DNA of 64,000 nt from a bacterium (GTDB lineage Bacteria > Patescibacteriota > Minisyncoccia > Phycocordibacterales > UBA6899), in assembly GCA_043743715.1 (NCBI GenBank), contig JAYTWK010000055.1:10242-74241 (forward strand), written 5' to 3'. The notes under the pieces were generated by a model that saw nothing but the letters and a program-made list of their open reading frames with translations, searched no databases and was not told the origin of the DNA. The number at the start of each line of letters is the position of its first letter. The stretch's first letter is position 1. Below, piece after piece: positions 29,663 to 39,991 of the stretch. The position numbers and the translations under genes were made by a program.

Positions 29663-31453
29663 TTATCCGTGAGTGATCTGCTGCATCTTTGCCAAATATG
29701 AATCGGGACGGGCAAGCAATGCTTTAGGATTACCCTCTTCGAGTACCTTACCGCCGCCTAAGGTGATGATACGATCAGCATCAAGCACCGTCGAGATTCG
29801 ATGCGCGATTGCAAGTACGGTTACTTTTCCTCTCATATTTTCCATCGCCTCTTTCACTTGAGCCTCAGATTCATTATCAAGCGCACTGGTCGCTTCGTCA
29901 AAAATAACGATCTCTGGTTTTCGGGCAAGCGCCATAGCGATACCGATACGCTGCTTCTGCCCACCCGAAAGCATCACGCCTCGTTCGCCGACCTCTGTGT
30001 CCCATTTTTCGGGAAGCTCCTCGATAAAATCATAGATATTAGCGAGTTTTGCTGCCTCCTTCATTGCATCATCGGTAACTGACTCGTCATAAAATCTGAT
30101 ATTTTCTCGGATACTCCCGTTCAAGAGGAACACTTCCTGTGGAACATAACCGATATGCGTGTGCCATTCTTTCTGAATAATCTGACTACTCTCAACTCCA
30201 TCGAGGAATATTCCCCCACTGCGAGTTTGAAACAGTCGCAGCAAGAGGTCAACGAGAGTTGTCTTGCCTGCGCCCGAAGAACCGACGATACCGACCAACT
30301 CTCCTTTTTTTATAGAGAAAGATAATCCATTGAATATTTCTTTTCCATTTTCATACGCAAAATGTACGTCACGAAACTCGAGTTTACTATTGAATACAAA
30401 TGGTGCTGTTCCAATCTGCAGATCCTTGTTCTTTTTTGCGATATCGCTATAGTGCAGCACCATACGAGCATACGGAGCGTACTCGCGCACTGAAAAGACG
30501 TAACTTTGAACTTGAATGAGGTAAGAAAATATCTGTTTAATGACGTATATGATTGCCGCAAGCGATGCCAGATTGAAACCTGGGATCTTGCGTGCAAATA
30601 AAAGTACAGCGACCACAAGTGCTACAGAAATTGGTTCAAGCATCGCACCAGGAACGGCGATACTCATGCGAATTTTTAAACTCTCACGAGTAACGTTTTC
30701 AAAAAGCGGCCTTGCCCGTTGGGCCACATCGCTTTCGACACCTCGTGCTTTGATGATCTTCATTGCGAGAATACTCTCATTGATATGGTGCGCGATCTCG
30801 CGATAAATCTCCTCAACCCGCATCGAAAGGCGCTCTACCTTCCTTGGAAACATCCGCATGAGTCCAAATGCAACAACAACAGTCGCAAGTATCGAGAGAG
30901 TGATCCTTGAGGAAATATTAAATGCGATGATGCTATATGCGATGATGGTCGTGATGGTCATGAGCGCAGCGCTTGTCTGTTCAAGCAGCATTCCTGTTTT
31001 TTCAATATTTTTAACCATGACTGTTTCAACGTGCCCAAGCTTTTGCGTCAGCAAATACTGCCAATTCGACATGAGTACGTCTTTAAGCAGTGCGAGACGG
31101 GTCCTTTCCTGATACAGGAGCGTCGCACGATAATTCACATATGTTGCCAGTAATGTCGATAAAGTTTTTAGTATGAACAAGGAAAGGATAAAAAAAATCA
31201 CATAGCGAAAGGTAAAAGGAATCCCAAAAAATGAGAAGAACTGCATGAGATGGACTGAGATGATGTCTGTCCCAGGAGTACCACTCCCTGTCATGAATGA
31301 GAAGAGAGGTATGACCGTTGATACGCCGATACCGCCCAATAGTCCATTTACGAAACCGAGTACGGTAAGCAGCGCGATCTGTCGCTTATACGAGCCAAAC
31401 GAGCGCGAAAAGATGGAAAAAAAATCCCTAAGTGATATTGCCTGTGACTCCAT
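29663..31453 (-). CDS. ABC transporter, fused permease/ATPase (PglK/MsbA-like glycan flippase)
   Basis: N-terminal TMs, GSSGAGKTT, LSGGQKQR, FDEATSALD, IAHR. Confidence 0.9.
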   Translation of the reverse strand: MESQAISLRDFFSIFSRSFGSYKRQIALLTVLGFVNGLLGGIGVSTVIPLFSFMTGSGTPGTDIISVHLMQFFSFFGIPFTFRYVIFFILSLFILKTLSTLLATYVNYRATLLYQERTRLALLKDVLMSNWQYLLTQKLGHVETVMVKNIEKTGMLLEQTSAALMTITTIIAYSIIAFNISSRITLSILATVVVAFGLMRMFPRKVERLSMRVEEIYREIAHHINESILAMKIIKARGVESDVAQRARPLFENVTRESLKIRMSIAVPGAMLEPISVALVVAVLLFARKIPGFNLASLAAIIYVIKQIFSYLIQVQSYVFSVREYAPYARMVLHYSDIAKKNKDLQIGTAPFVFNSKLEFRDVHFAYENGKEIFNGLSFSIKKGELVGIVGSSGAGKTTLVDLLLRLFQTRSGGIFLDGVESSQIIQKEWHTHIGYVPQEVFLLNGSIRENIRFYDESVTDDAMKEAAKLANIYDFIEELPEKWDTEVGERGVMLSGGQKQRIGIAMALARKPEIVIFDEATSALDNESEAQVKEAMENMRGKVTVLAIAHRISTVLDADRIITLGGGKVLEEGNPKALLARPDSYLAKMQQITHG

Positions 31454-31496
31454 AGACTCTAGTATAACCTGATATGGAGGCGAAAAGTCTCACCGT

Positions 31497-32114
31497 TTAT
31501 GGCTTTTGTAAAAAGTATATTTCTATATCTAAAGATCCTGACCTTTTTGATATACTAAAGAGCTTATTCCATTTTTCACAAATCCTCTGCATTTCTCTTT
31601 CAGATATTTTGAGATTTTTCCTTCTCCTTATGACATCGCCTATCCTTTCCTTCAGAGTGATCCTATGTGCCCTTACTGAAATCACCGCAATTCCATTTTT
31701 ATTGAGTAGTGAAAATATTTTATCGATATTTTTTTGACTAGGGCGATCATACATTCCTGTGACAAAATCAATGATCACATCAAAGGTTTTTTGAGACTGG
31801 AAATCTTCAAAAAGGACAGCAGTAAACTCGTGCTCAGGATTCAGTTTCCTTGCCACGTTCACCATTTTCTCACTCCAATCAATGCCGGTGAAATGATCGA
31901 GGTTTTTTAGGAGTTTGAGATACCCAGCTGTACCACAACCGATCTCGAGAAGATTATATTTTTCCAAAAGTCCATCTATGACCAAGTACGGCAAATGACT
32001 TTCCCTATAATCAAATCCTGCTGAAAGATGAGACTTTGTGTAGTATGCAACCCACTCATCTTCACTTTGGAATTGGGATGGAATCAGTTTTTGTTCAGCG
32101 TGATGTTCATTCAT
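31497..32114 (-). CDS. Class I SAM methyltransferase
   Basis: LLEIGCGTAG, GIDWSEKM, LNKNG. Confidence 0.8.
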   Translation of the reverse strand: MNEHHAEQKLIPSQFQSEDEWVAYYTKSHLSAGFDYRESHLPYLVIDGLLEKYNLLEIGCGTAGYLKLLKNLDHFTGIDWSEKMVNVARKLNPEHEFTAVLFEDFQSQKTFDVIIDFVTGMYDRPSQKNIDKIFSLLNKNGIAVISVRAHRITLKERIGDVIRRRKNLKISEREMQRICEKWNKLFSISKRSGSLDIEIYFLQKP

Positions 32115-32197
32115 GTGCGGAATGTTTTTTACACTTGCATAGTAGCAAGTAAGTACCCTCGGAGCAAGCGAAGCACGACACTACGCAGACAAATAGA

Positions 32198-33958
32198 TCA
32201 TTTCGGTTGAGTGGCGTAGATGTAGACACCACTCAAAATTGTCGCAGGAGAAATGTCCGACAACTCCTTGAGAACTGTACCTGTCAACTCAGTTGAGGAA
32301 AATATATAATCCACGCGATACTCCTTCAATTGGGTCTCAAGATCGCTTTTCAAAAATTCTTTATACTGGCGACTTACATCTTCCAAATGTCCTGTGAGCC
32401 ATGCATCTCTTGTGATACTAAATGCCTGTGTCCAATTCTCGGAATACATTGAGCGTACTTCCCCGTCATGAGTATCAAGAAACTTATCGATTCCCTCTGC
32501 GGTCACCCCATTCATGCGAAGACTAAGTAGGTAATTGTGGAGTAGTCGATCTTCGGGTATGCCATAAAATGCATAGCCCGAGGAGTAGACGTCGCATCGC
32601 GTATAAGCCGGGATGAGACGCTCGAGCGTTTTGTCGAAGTCGGTTACGAGTACGACACAATCTTTTTGAGGCAAGTGATTGAGAAATGCGAGCGCAGGAG
32701 CTGATTGTTGTAATTTTTTAAAATCTGAAATGCGATACATATAACTTCCTGCTGAGCTCACTCCTGAATACAGAGCAATGAGACTGATGAGTAGCACTCC
32801 ATATATCCATAACCGTGGAAAAAGATTTCTCCACACAAGATATGAGGTGGTGAAGAACATTATAAAACAGAACGGGATTGTGTACTGAACAAAATGATAC
32901 GGCCAAATTTCACGACCAGTGATCACTTGCTCATTAAATACCATCCATGATGCGAGCATAAGCGTGAAGATGAAAGACCAGGCATGCACATGTGGAGAAA
33001 AGATTTCTTTCTTTTTCTTGAATACATATGCGTAGAAAAAACTGAATACCACAAAGATTGAGGTCGCGATCAATAGTTTGTTCCACATTGGAGCATGAGT
33101 AAAAAACATACCATTGCGCCCTTCAAGCTTTCTTCCCGCCTCCCCTCCGAGCGCATGTAGAGTTTGATACCAATATGGTGCTTGGAGGAGGAGCGTGATG
33201 AAGAGTACTGAGAGAACCCGCTTTGCCTCTGTCCACTTTTTTTGAAATAAAAAGACTACGATGCATGCAGCAAGAAGTGAGAGCGAAATCGCAAGACTGA
33301 AGAAATAACCGACCGTACCTGCAGCAAGTATCCCCGCGAGCACAATATCGCTTTTGCGTCCTTTTTCTACGACATTCCAAAGAGAGACAAGCAAGCCAAA
33401 CACCAGTAAACTACCGGTAATAGGGTTCACCAACCGCGTCCAAAGTATCAAGTGTGTTGTATGAATGCTGCCCGAAAGAAGTCCTTTCAGGTAATGAATG
33501 TCTATCAGCTCCATCCCAAGCGTCACCATAAGTCCAATAGCAATGGCATTTGCAATAGCAGCATAACCTTCTCCTCCTGTGAGTTTTCGTATAAAAAGAT
33601 AGACTAGGAAAAACAGTAGCGCTGGAAATAAAAATTTACTCGCGATAATTACACAGGCAAGCCCGAAAACAAGCGCGGGTATCGCATAAAAATAATCTCC
33701 GATCGGATAGACAATCGCCGGTGAATCTTTGTACTCGTAGAGATGCGGAGAAGTTACCATTGGGTGTCCGTCGAGTACTTCGTGTATGAGTGAACGATAG
33801 GTCAGCTCGTCATCGATGTACAGAAATTCAAGACCCTTATAGCCCCCTCCGAGCGCAAGCGGTGCAAGGAATTGCGGAAGGACACAGAGTGTTCCGACAA
33901 CAATCGAACATGCAAGTGCGATCCCGTGCCGTGATACATATCTTCGCAATCGTTCCAT
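32198..33958 (-). CDS. Polytopic membrane protein, probable GT-C glycosyltransferase
   Basis: TM1 followed by YIDDELTY, many TMs, C-terminal soluble domain ending YRVDYI. Confidence 0.6.
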   Translation of the reverse strand: MERLRRYVSRHGIALACSIVVGTLCVLPQFLAPLALGGGYKGLEFLYIDDELTYRSLIHEVLDGHPMVTSPHLYEYKDSPAIVYPIGDYFYAIPALVFGLACVIIASKFLFPALLFFLVYLFIRKLTGGEGYAAIANAIAIGLMVTLGMELIDIHYLKGLLSGSIHTTHLILWTRLVNPITGSLLVFGLLVSLWNVVEKGRKSDIVLAGILAAGTVGYFFSLAISLSLLAACIVVFLFQKKWTEAKRVLSVLFITLLLQAPYWYQTLHALGGEAGRKLEGRNGMFFTHAPMWNKLLIATSIFVVFSFFYAYVFKKKKEIFSPHVHAWSFIFTLMLASWMVFNEQVITGREIWPYHFVQYTIPFCFIMFFTTSYLVWRNLFPRLWIYGVLLISLIALYSGVSSAGSYMYRISDFKKLQQSAPALAFLNHLPQKDCVVLVTDFDKTLERLIPAYTRCDVYSSGYAFYGIPEDRLLHNYLLSLRMNGVTAEGIDKFLDTHDGEVRSMYSENWTQAFSITRDAWLTGHLEDVSRQYKEFLKSDLETQLKEYRVDYIFSSTELTGTVLKELSDISPATILSGVYIYATQPK

Positions 33959-33959
33959 A

Positions 33960-34664
33960 CTATTTCTTTTTTACAACACAATAAAGTAACGCAGCAACAG
34001 TATCACTTTCTGGCCAATGATTGAAAATGATGTCGGGTAATTTTATTGGAAAGGTCAGGAACATGACAAGATTAAGTAGAAGTGAATAGAGTTGTGGCGA
34101 GCCAAAAGAGAAGATGGCAGCAAACATATGATTTAGATGTGCATTGAGAGCAGAGAAAGGACCAGCACGCACTCCGATCTCAATCACTTCAAAATCTGCG
34201 AAAAGTTCAAGTGCTCCTTGTTTTGAAAAACGAAAATAATCTGATGGAGAAGAGTGGAATGGATAGAGAAATGGCATTACAACATATGCAGTACCCCCAC
34301 TCTTAAGTAGACGGTACATTTCTTTTACTGCAACACGTGGGTCGCGCAAATGTTCCAGAACCGTGTCGGAAATGATGAGTGAAACACTTCCATCAGAAAG
34401 TGGTATCGAGTGTACATCAGCAACGATCTTTACTCCTTTGTATGGATGAATATCAACATTGACCACATCAGGACGAACAAGTTTTGGGCCTGAGCCAATA
34501 TTCAGTATCATTCCATCTTGTTGATACTTATCAAGATACGATCTTGCAGATAGACCTCCAAAAAAAAGAGGGCCAAAAGTGACACCGATGAAATAATAGA
34601 ACTTCGGCCAACGCTTGAAGAAATCGCGAATATCTTCGGTTTGAGTTTCTCGATCACTATTCAT
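33960..34664 (-). CDS. Methyltransferase type 11
   Basis: LNIGSG, VLEHLRDP, EMYRLLKSGG, PFHSSPSDYFRF. Confidence 0.85.
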   Translation of the reverse strand: MNSDRETQTEDIRDFFKRWPKFYYFIGVTFGPLFFGGLSARSYLDKYQQDGMILNIGSGPKLVRPDVVNVDIHPYKGVKIVADVHSIPLSDGSVSLIISDTVLEHLRDPRVAVKEMYRLLKSGGTAYVVMPFLYPFHSSPSDYFRFSKQGALELFADFEVIEIGVRAGPFSALNAHLNHMFAAIFSFGSPQLYSLLLNLVMFLTFPIKLPDIIFNHWPESDTVAALLYCVVKKK

Positions 34665-34665
34665 A

Positions 34666-35433
34666 TCAAGATTTAATGGCCCTAAGGATCCACCCGGAAT
34701 TGTTCGGCGGAGGATTGACACTTATATCGCTAAGTGGGAGACCTTGAGTAAGTGCAGCCACTTCTTCTTTTTTCCAATAATTCGCTACATCAGGAATGAG
34801 CTGATCAAACACGATACTATGAATATGCCAAAAATCGAACGTGGAAAGTTGTTTGAGGTATTCACTAGGTCCACGGAACATCTTTACAAAGAGAAAAAGT
34901 GGGATCGAACAAAAATACGATAAGAAATGTACGACTGAAGGTGGTAGTTTTGAAGTGATATGAAGCCGAACAGGATCTACGTACTTCACGATCCATTCAT
35001 TCCCCTCGTAACCGTACACCCAAAGGAGGAGCTTCCCTCCCGGCTTAAGAGCATTCACCATGTTCTTCACCGCAAGTTTAGGATCCTTTAAGTGGTGAAT
35101 AACGCCTATGGAGAAAGCAATATCGAATTCGTACTTCCAGTCTATTTCGTAAACACTTTTGAACAGCACCTGCGAAGCTGGAAAGTCCTTGAGTGTTTCC
35201 TTGGCACGTGCGACCGAACGTTCATCGTAGTCGAATGCGATACCGGATGCAGCGCCCCATTTCATCGGCCAAAGACTATTACGCCCCATGCCGCAGCCAA
35301 CATCGAGAATGCGCTTCCCTTTCCAGTCATCCGGGGTCATGGGACTGGTCCAGTTGCGGAACTGCCCTTCATAGTTCTCATCGACCCATGAATATTTGTC
35401 CCATTCATAGCCAAAACGGTTTTGCGAAGACAT
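34666..35433 (-). CDS. Class I SAM methyltransferase
   Basis: LDVGCGMGR, SIGVIHHL, LKPGG. Confidence 0.88.
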   Translation of the reverse strand: MSSQNRFGYEWDKYSWVDENYEGQFRNWTSPMTPDDWKGKRILDVGCGMGRNSLWPMKWGAASGIAFDYDERSVARAKETLKDFPASQVLFKSVYEIDWKYEFDIAFSIGVIHHLKDPKLAVKNMVNALKPGGKLLLWVYGYEGNEWIVKYVDPVRLHITSKLPPSVVHFLSYFCSIPLFLFVKMFRGPSEYLKQLSTFDFWHIHSIVFDQLIPDVANYWKKEEVAALTQGLPLSDISVNPPPNNSGWILRAIKS

Positions 35434-35537
35434 AAGTTCACCTAGTGTATCAGCACGATTTGGCTAAAACAAGCCGAAAAAATATTAGACAAACGGTAGG
35501 ATTTTGCCCCGCGCATGCATTCTGATAGACTCTGAGA

Positions 35538-36263
35538 GTGAAAAGTGTCCATTATGAAACCCTCTACAGCCACGAAGTGAAGCACTGGTGGTATGCCGTC
35601 AGGCGCTGCTTGGTGCACAATCTCATTCGTACCTATACCAATGGGTCTGATCTCGCAATTCTCGACATCGGCTGCGGCACCGGGGCGCTTACCAAAGAAC
35701 TCGAACGCTACGGCACTGCGACTGGCATTGATTTCTCGCAGCAAGCGGTCGATTTTTGTAAGTCACGCGGGGTGAAGGACGTGCGCCTTGGCAGTGTGGA
35801 GGAGACAGGCTGTCCTCCCGATTCATTCGATGCGGTGCTTTGTCTTGATGTACTCGAACACCTGCCGGACGACGAGACCGGCATGACTGAGATCTATCGT
35901 GTACTCAAACCGGGCGGGACAGCGATTATCTTTGTACCGACATTCCAGTCACTATGGAGCGTGACCGATAATGTGAGTCAGCACTATCGACGCTATCGGC
36001 TACCGATACTCGTCGAGAAATTTGAGCGACTGGGTTTCACTACCCTACGCAGAAGTTACTTCAATACGTTTCTCTTCCCGCTCATTGCACTTGTACGCAT
36101 CAGCGTGAGACTACTTGGTATCAAAATGGAATCTGAGGCAGAGACCGGAGACGGCCTGGTCAATAAAATATTATTTGTGATATTCGATCTTGAACGCAGA
36201 TGTCTCAAATTTATGAACTTCCCATTCGGAGTTTCAGGAATGATTATTGCCAAAAAGAAATAG
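35538..36263 (+). CDS. Class I SAM methyltransferase
   Basis: HWWY, LDIGCGTG, DVLEHLPDD, HYRRY; TGaTAGACT 6 nt before the GTG start. Confidence 0.88.
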   Translation: MKSVHYETLYSHEVKHWWYAVRRCLVHNLIRTYTNGSDLAILDIGCGTGALTKELERYGTATGIDFSQQAVDFCKSRGVKDVRLGSVEETGCPPDSFDAVLCLDVLEHLPDDETGMTEIYRVLKPGGTAIIFVPTFQSLWSVTDNVSQHYRRYRLPILVEKFERLGFTTLRRSYFNTFLFPLIALVRISVRLLGIKMESEAETGDGLVNKILFVIFDLERRCLKFMNFPFGVSGMIIAKKK

Positions 36264-36303
36264 GCAGGTTGCTCTTAACTCTGTCCCCCGTTTATTCTTT
36301 TCA

Positions 36304-36347
36304 TCATATTCGCTAATTTGTGCGATAGAACAAATTAGCGAATATGA
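36304..36347. repeat. Palindrome A flanking the PaaX/Cas2-like gene
   Basis: TCATATTCGCTAATTTGT-gcgataga-ACAAATTAGCGAATATGA (perfect 18-bp arms). Confidence 0.9.
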
Positions 36348-36396
36348 GTTCAGATTTTATTTTGGGCACATTTCTTACGGAATTCGCATCATTCAC

Positions 36397-36888
36397 TCAG
36401 TCTTCCAAACGGAAGTGTCTCCTGAGCCATTTATCATTCTCAAGTGTATCGACGACCAAATACAACACTTCCTTCCCGATCTTAAAATCTGCCTTAAGTG
36501 TTGCGAGCAGACTTTCGCATGGATACGGATACACCCACACGCTTTTCTGAATTGGGGTGAAATCGAAATACTCAAGAGCATCTCGAAGCTCTCTGCGCAT
36601 GCGCTTTCTGTCTTCCTTGATATCGTAGATTACTACGCGCCACTTTCCATCCCAATGCTTTGGCTTTGTAATTTGACTCATTTCGTACTTCATGCGCGAG
36701 AGAGCATCCTCGCCCATTGTGGTGAGAGCAAGTACCTCATCACCCTTTCTCATTACAATTTTTATGTATCCCTTTTCAATGAGACGGCGCGTTCCGCGAG
36801 AGATATCATAACGCGGATTTGATTTTCGCGAACTACTCAAAGTAGCCCCGAAGTATTTTATAGCACTTGAAGTAATCTGCTCAAGCAC
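36397..36888 (-). CDS. PaaX-like protein (winged-helix plus Cas2-like domain); 5' end possibly frameshifted
   Basis: RRLIEKGYI...LTTMG (wHTH), WDGKWRVVIYDIKE, IQKSVWVYPYPC. Confidence 0.8.
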   Translation of the reverse strand: MLEQITSSAIKYFGATLSSSRKSNPRYDISRGTRRLIEKGYIKIVMRKGDEVLALTTMGEDALSRMKYEMSQITKPKHWDGKWRVVIYDIKEDRKRMRRELRDALEYFDFTPIQKSVWVYPYPCESLLATLKADFKIGKEVLYLVVDTLENDKWLRRHFRLED

Positions 36889-36989
36889 AACGACTCCAGT
36901 TTGCGCAATGGTCTTTAGGATTATTCCCTGGATATCATTTGTTTCTGTTTGCCCCGTTTGTAATACAACATTTTTCGAATATAAAACGA

Positions 36990-37043
36990 GTCTATATTAT
37001 TTGCTAATCTGTCCTATCGGACAAATTAGCAAATAATATAGAC
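36990..37043. repeat. Palindrome B flanking the PaaX/Cas2-like gene
   Basis: GTCTATATTATTTGCTAATCTGTCC-tatc-GGACAAATTAGCAAATAATATAGAC (25-bp arms, 1 mismatch). Confidence 0.9.
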
Positions 37044-37107
37044 GCTGAGTTTTTTTATTTGCGGACAGGGGTTCAGAAAACGAAAGAGGGCTATATTACA
37101 GGAAATC

Positions 37108-38976
37108 TTAATAACGCTTCCCCCACTCAAGTAGCGTCAGAAGATTCCAGAGTTTTTTACGGTGGTCACGTGCTCCCGACTGGTGTTCGTCCCATAAGTC
37201 GCGAACATAGATCGACGAGAATAATTCATTGCGCATCGGGTTCTCATCCAGCAGAAGTGACTCGGCCCACTGCTTGAGGGGCCCTCGCAGCCAGGCGCCC
37301 ACCGGAATACCGAAGCCTTTCTTTTTGCGATGTATGATATGGTTCGGAAGTTTACCTTCCATCAGCTTTTTGAGGAGGTACTTTCCGGTCATGCCATGCA
37401 ATTTCATTGCGTACGGGAGACGATTCACAAATTCAACCAGTTCATAGTCAAGAAACGGCGCGCGAGCCTCGAGACTGGCGAACATGCTCGCACGGTCCAC
37501 CTTCACCATCACCTGATCCATCATGTAGCTGCGCTGGTAGGCATACAGGAGCCTATTGTGGTCATCATGCGACTCGGACTCCTTGAAATAGCGTTTCGCT
37601 TCGCTGTATGGATCATTTTCTTTCAAATGCTCATGGATCGCCTTCGTGTACAATTGTGAACGGTCACTCGTGTTAAATGTCCCAAGCCAGCGCATGTGGC
37701 GGCCGACAATATCTTTCTCTCCAATTCCGTCGAGGTATTTTTCAAGTTTAAACTTCAGATTAAAGTTGGAGTATGAGGTTGGAAGCTTCTCGTGCAACTT
37801 ACGAGGAAGGCCTTCGCGGATAGCATGCGGAACATGCTGCAACATGGAGTACAAACGCTCGGCTTGAAATGTCGGATATCCTGCCAAAAGTTCGTCTCCA
37901 CCGTCGCCACCGAGTGCCACTGTGACGTGTTCTTTCGTATAGCGTGAGAGGAGGTAAGTAGGGATGATAGAGGCGTCCGCCATCGGTTCATCAAGAAGGA
38001 AGAACACCTGAGGGAGAGCGGCGAGCGAATCCTCACCGCTCAATATCTTGTGATGATGAATGCTCCTGATATGCGCGGCAACCTCTTTCGCATACATAGA
38101 TTCGTCGAAACTTTTTTCTTCAAAACCAATCGAGAATGTATGGATGGGTTCGTCTTTGAGTCTTGTCGCATAATACGCGACACTCGAGCTGTCGAGTCCG
38201 CCGGAGAGAAATATTCCGAGCGGGACATCGGATATCAAGCGACCTTCGATAGCAGAGACGAATTTTTCTTCAAAAGTGTGCGTCGCCTCTTCGAGCGAGA
38301 GGTCGAGGGAATCCCAAGCAGGATTCCAGAATTTTTTTATTTCAATCTTACCGTCGTGAAATGTGAGGTATGCCCCCGGCTCAAGCTTCTTGATCCCCTT
38401 GTAGATACTCATCGGTGTTGGGACATAGTCGAGTGCAAGATACGCATCGAGCGCGGTGTAATCGAGCGAGCGGGTTACCGACGGATGACAGAGCAACGTT
38501 TTGGGTTCCGAACCAAAGACAAGTGTGTCACCAAAGTGCCCGTAGTAGAGCGGCTTCTTCCCCATCCTATCGCGTGCAAGTAGCAGTTTTTTTGCCTTCT
38601 TGTCATACAGTGCAATACCAAACATGCCGGAGAGTTTTTCAAAACACGCCTCACCGTACTGCTCATACAGCGCAATGATAACTTCGGTGTCCGAGGTGCT
38701 CCGGAATTTGTATCCGTTTGATACGAGCTGCTTCTTGAGTTCACGATAATTGTATATCTCGCCATTGAACACGATACCGACTGAATTGCTTGCATTCCAC
38801 ATCGGCTGATGCCCTGAAGGTGTGAGGTCGAGGATAGCGAGTCTCCTGAATCCGAGACCGATTCCGCGTTCGAAGTATTTTCCCTCATCGTCGGGGCCGC
38901 GATAGCGGACGGTATCGACCATGAGCTCAAGGTCTGCAACCGTTCCCTTCCCGCTGAATCCTGCGATGCCACACAT
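37108..38976 (-). CDS. asnB: Asparagine synthase (glutamine-hydrolysing) family amidotransferase
   Basis: MCGIAG, RGPDD, FNGEIYN, FLSGGLDSS, GDGGDELLAGY, KVDRASM, RKKKGF. Confidence 0.92.
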   Translation of the reverse strand: MCGIAGFSGKGTVADLELMVDTVRYRGPDDEGKYFERGIGLGFRRLAILDLTPSGHQPMWNASNSVGIVFNGEIYNYRELKKQLVSNGYKFRSTSDTEVIIALYEQYGEACFEKLSGMFGIALYDKKAKKLLLARDRMGKKPLYYGHFGDTLVFGSEPKTLLCHPSVTRSLDYTALDAYLALDYVPTPMSIYKGIKKLEPGAYLTFHDGKIEIKKFWNPAWDSLDLSLEEATHTFEEKFVSAIEGRLISDVPLGIFLSGGLDSSSVAYYATRLKDEPIHTFSIGFEEKSFDESMYAKEVAAHIRSIHHHKILSGEDSLAALPQVFFLLDEPMADASIIPTYLLSRYTKEHVTVALGGDGGDELLAGYPTFQAERLYSMLQHVPHAIREGLPRKLHEKLPTSYSNFNLKFKLEKYLDGIGEKDIVGRHMRWLGTFNTSDRSQLYTKAIHEHLKENDPYSEAKRYFKESESHDDHNRLLYAYQRSYMMDQVMVKVDRASMFASLEARAPFLDYELVEFVNRLPYAMKLHGMTGKYLLKKLMEGKLPNHIIHRKKKGFGIPVGAWLRGPLKQWAESLLLDENPMRNELFSSIYVRDLWDEHQSGARDHRKKLWNLLTLLEWGKRY

Positions 38977-38981
38977 ACTGG

Positions 38982-39950
38982 TTACAGCAAAGGCTGCTCA
39001 AGATTTATGGTCTTTTTGATAGCGTAGGGACGTTTACCTTGCGATTCGTAGTAAGTGCGCATCATCATCTCGGCGATGATACCCATGAGGAAGAACTGTG
39101 TACCGATGATGAGGAGTACTCCTGAAAGTGTCGGCAGTGGGGTCTGAATCAGATCTATCTTGAGTGCGAAGCGCAAAACGATTGCAGCGACAAGTATGAC
39201 AAAGGAGAAGAAGAACGACCAGAAGCCGGCATACGCAAAGAAATGCATTGGGCGGTTCATGAATTTCTCAAGGAATTTGAGAAGCAGGAGATCCGGCAAG
39301 ACACGCAGGACCCGGGAAAATCCATAATTACTCTTGCCATGGATACGCGGAGTGAACCTCACCTCGACTTCACCAATGCGCGCTCCGTGACGCTTTGCGT
39401 ATGCGGGAATAAAGCGGTGCATCTCACCGTAGAGGGTGATGTTCTTAATAATGTCTCTACGGTAACCCTTCAAGGTACAGCCAAAGTCATTGAGCTTCAC
39501 GCCGGTCACTTTTGAGATGAGTGAATTCGCGGCGAGTGACGGTATCTTTCGAGTGACGAATTCCCCTTTCCATCTATTCTTCCTCCAGCCGGACACAACG
39601 TCGTACCCCTCGTCCATCATGTCGACGATAGTTTTGATATCCTCGGGATCATTCTCTAAATCACTGTCGATAAGAATAACGATGTCACCAGAAGACACTT
39701 CGATGCCGGCGGCGATTGCGGCGGTCTGTCCGAAGTTATGTCTGAAATGGATGACTTTTATCCTGGAATCTTTTTGTGCTATTTCGGTAAGCGCGGCGAA
39801 GCTACTGTCCTTCGAACCGTCGTCAATACAAATAACCTCGTATGGGTTACCCATGCGCGTCAGCACGAGAGTCAAACGCTCATATAACAAAGGGATATTC
39901 AGGGCTTCGTTGTAGATAGGAACTACAATGGAGAGCGATTCATTAGTCAT
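38982..39950 (-). CDS. GT2 glycosyltransferase (GtrB/ArnC-like, polyprenol-P-sugar synthase)
   Basis: VPIYNE, DDGSKD, NFGQTAA, IDSDLEND, GEMHRFIP, two C-terminal TMs. Confidence 0.9.
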   Translation of the reverse strand: MTNESLSIVVPIYNEALNIPLLYERLTLVLTRMGNPYEVICIDDGSKDSSFAALTEIAQKDSRIKVIHFRHNFGQTAAIAAGIEVSSGDIVILIDSDLENDPEDIKTIVDMMDEGYDVVSGWRKNRWKGEFVTRKIPSLAANSLISKVTGVKLNDFGCTLKGYRRDIIKNITLYGEMHRFIPAYAKRHGARIGEVEVRFTPRIHGKSNYGFSRVLRVLPDLLLLKFLEKFMNRPMHFFAYAGFWSFFFSFVILVAAIVLRFALKIDLIQTPLPTLSGVLLIIGTQFFLMGIIAEMMMRTYYESQGKRPYAIKKTINLEQPLL

Positions 39951-39991
39951 GAAGCAATCATAACAACCGACCCCAGAACAGGCAATGTTGC

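Noticed and set aside
36397-36888. CRISPR-Cas locus suggested by the Cas2-like YDI...QKSVW motifs
   Set aside because: No repeat-spacer array and no cas1 or effector genes in the window; the wHTH plus WDGKWR pattern fits PaaX-like proteins
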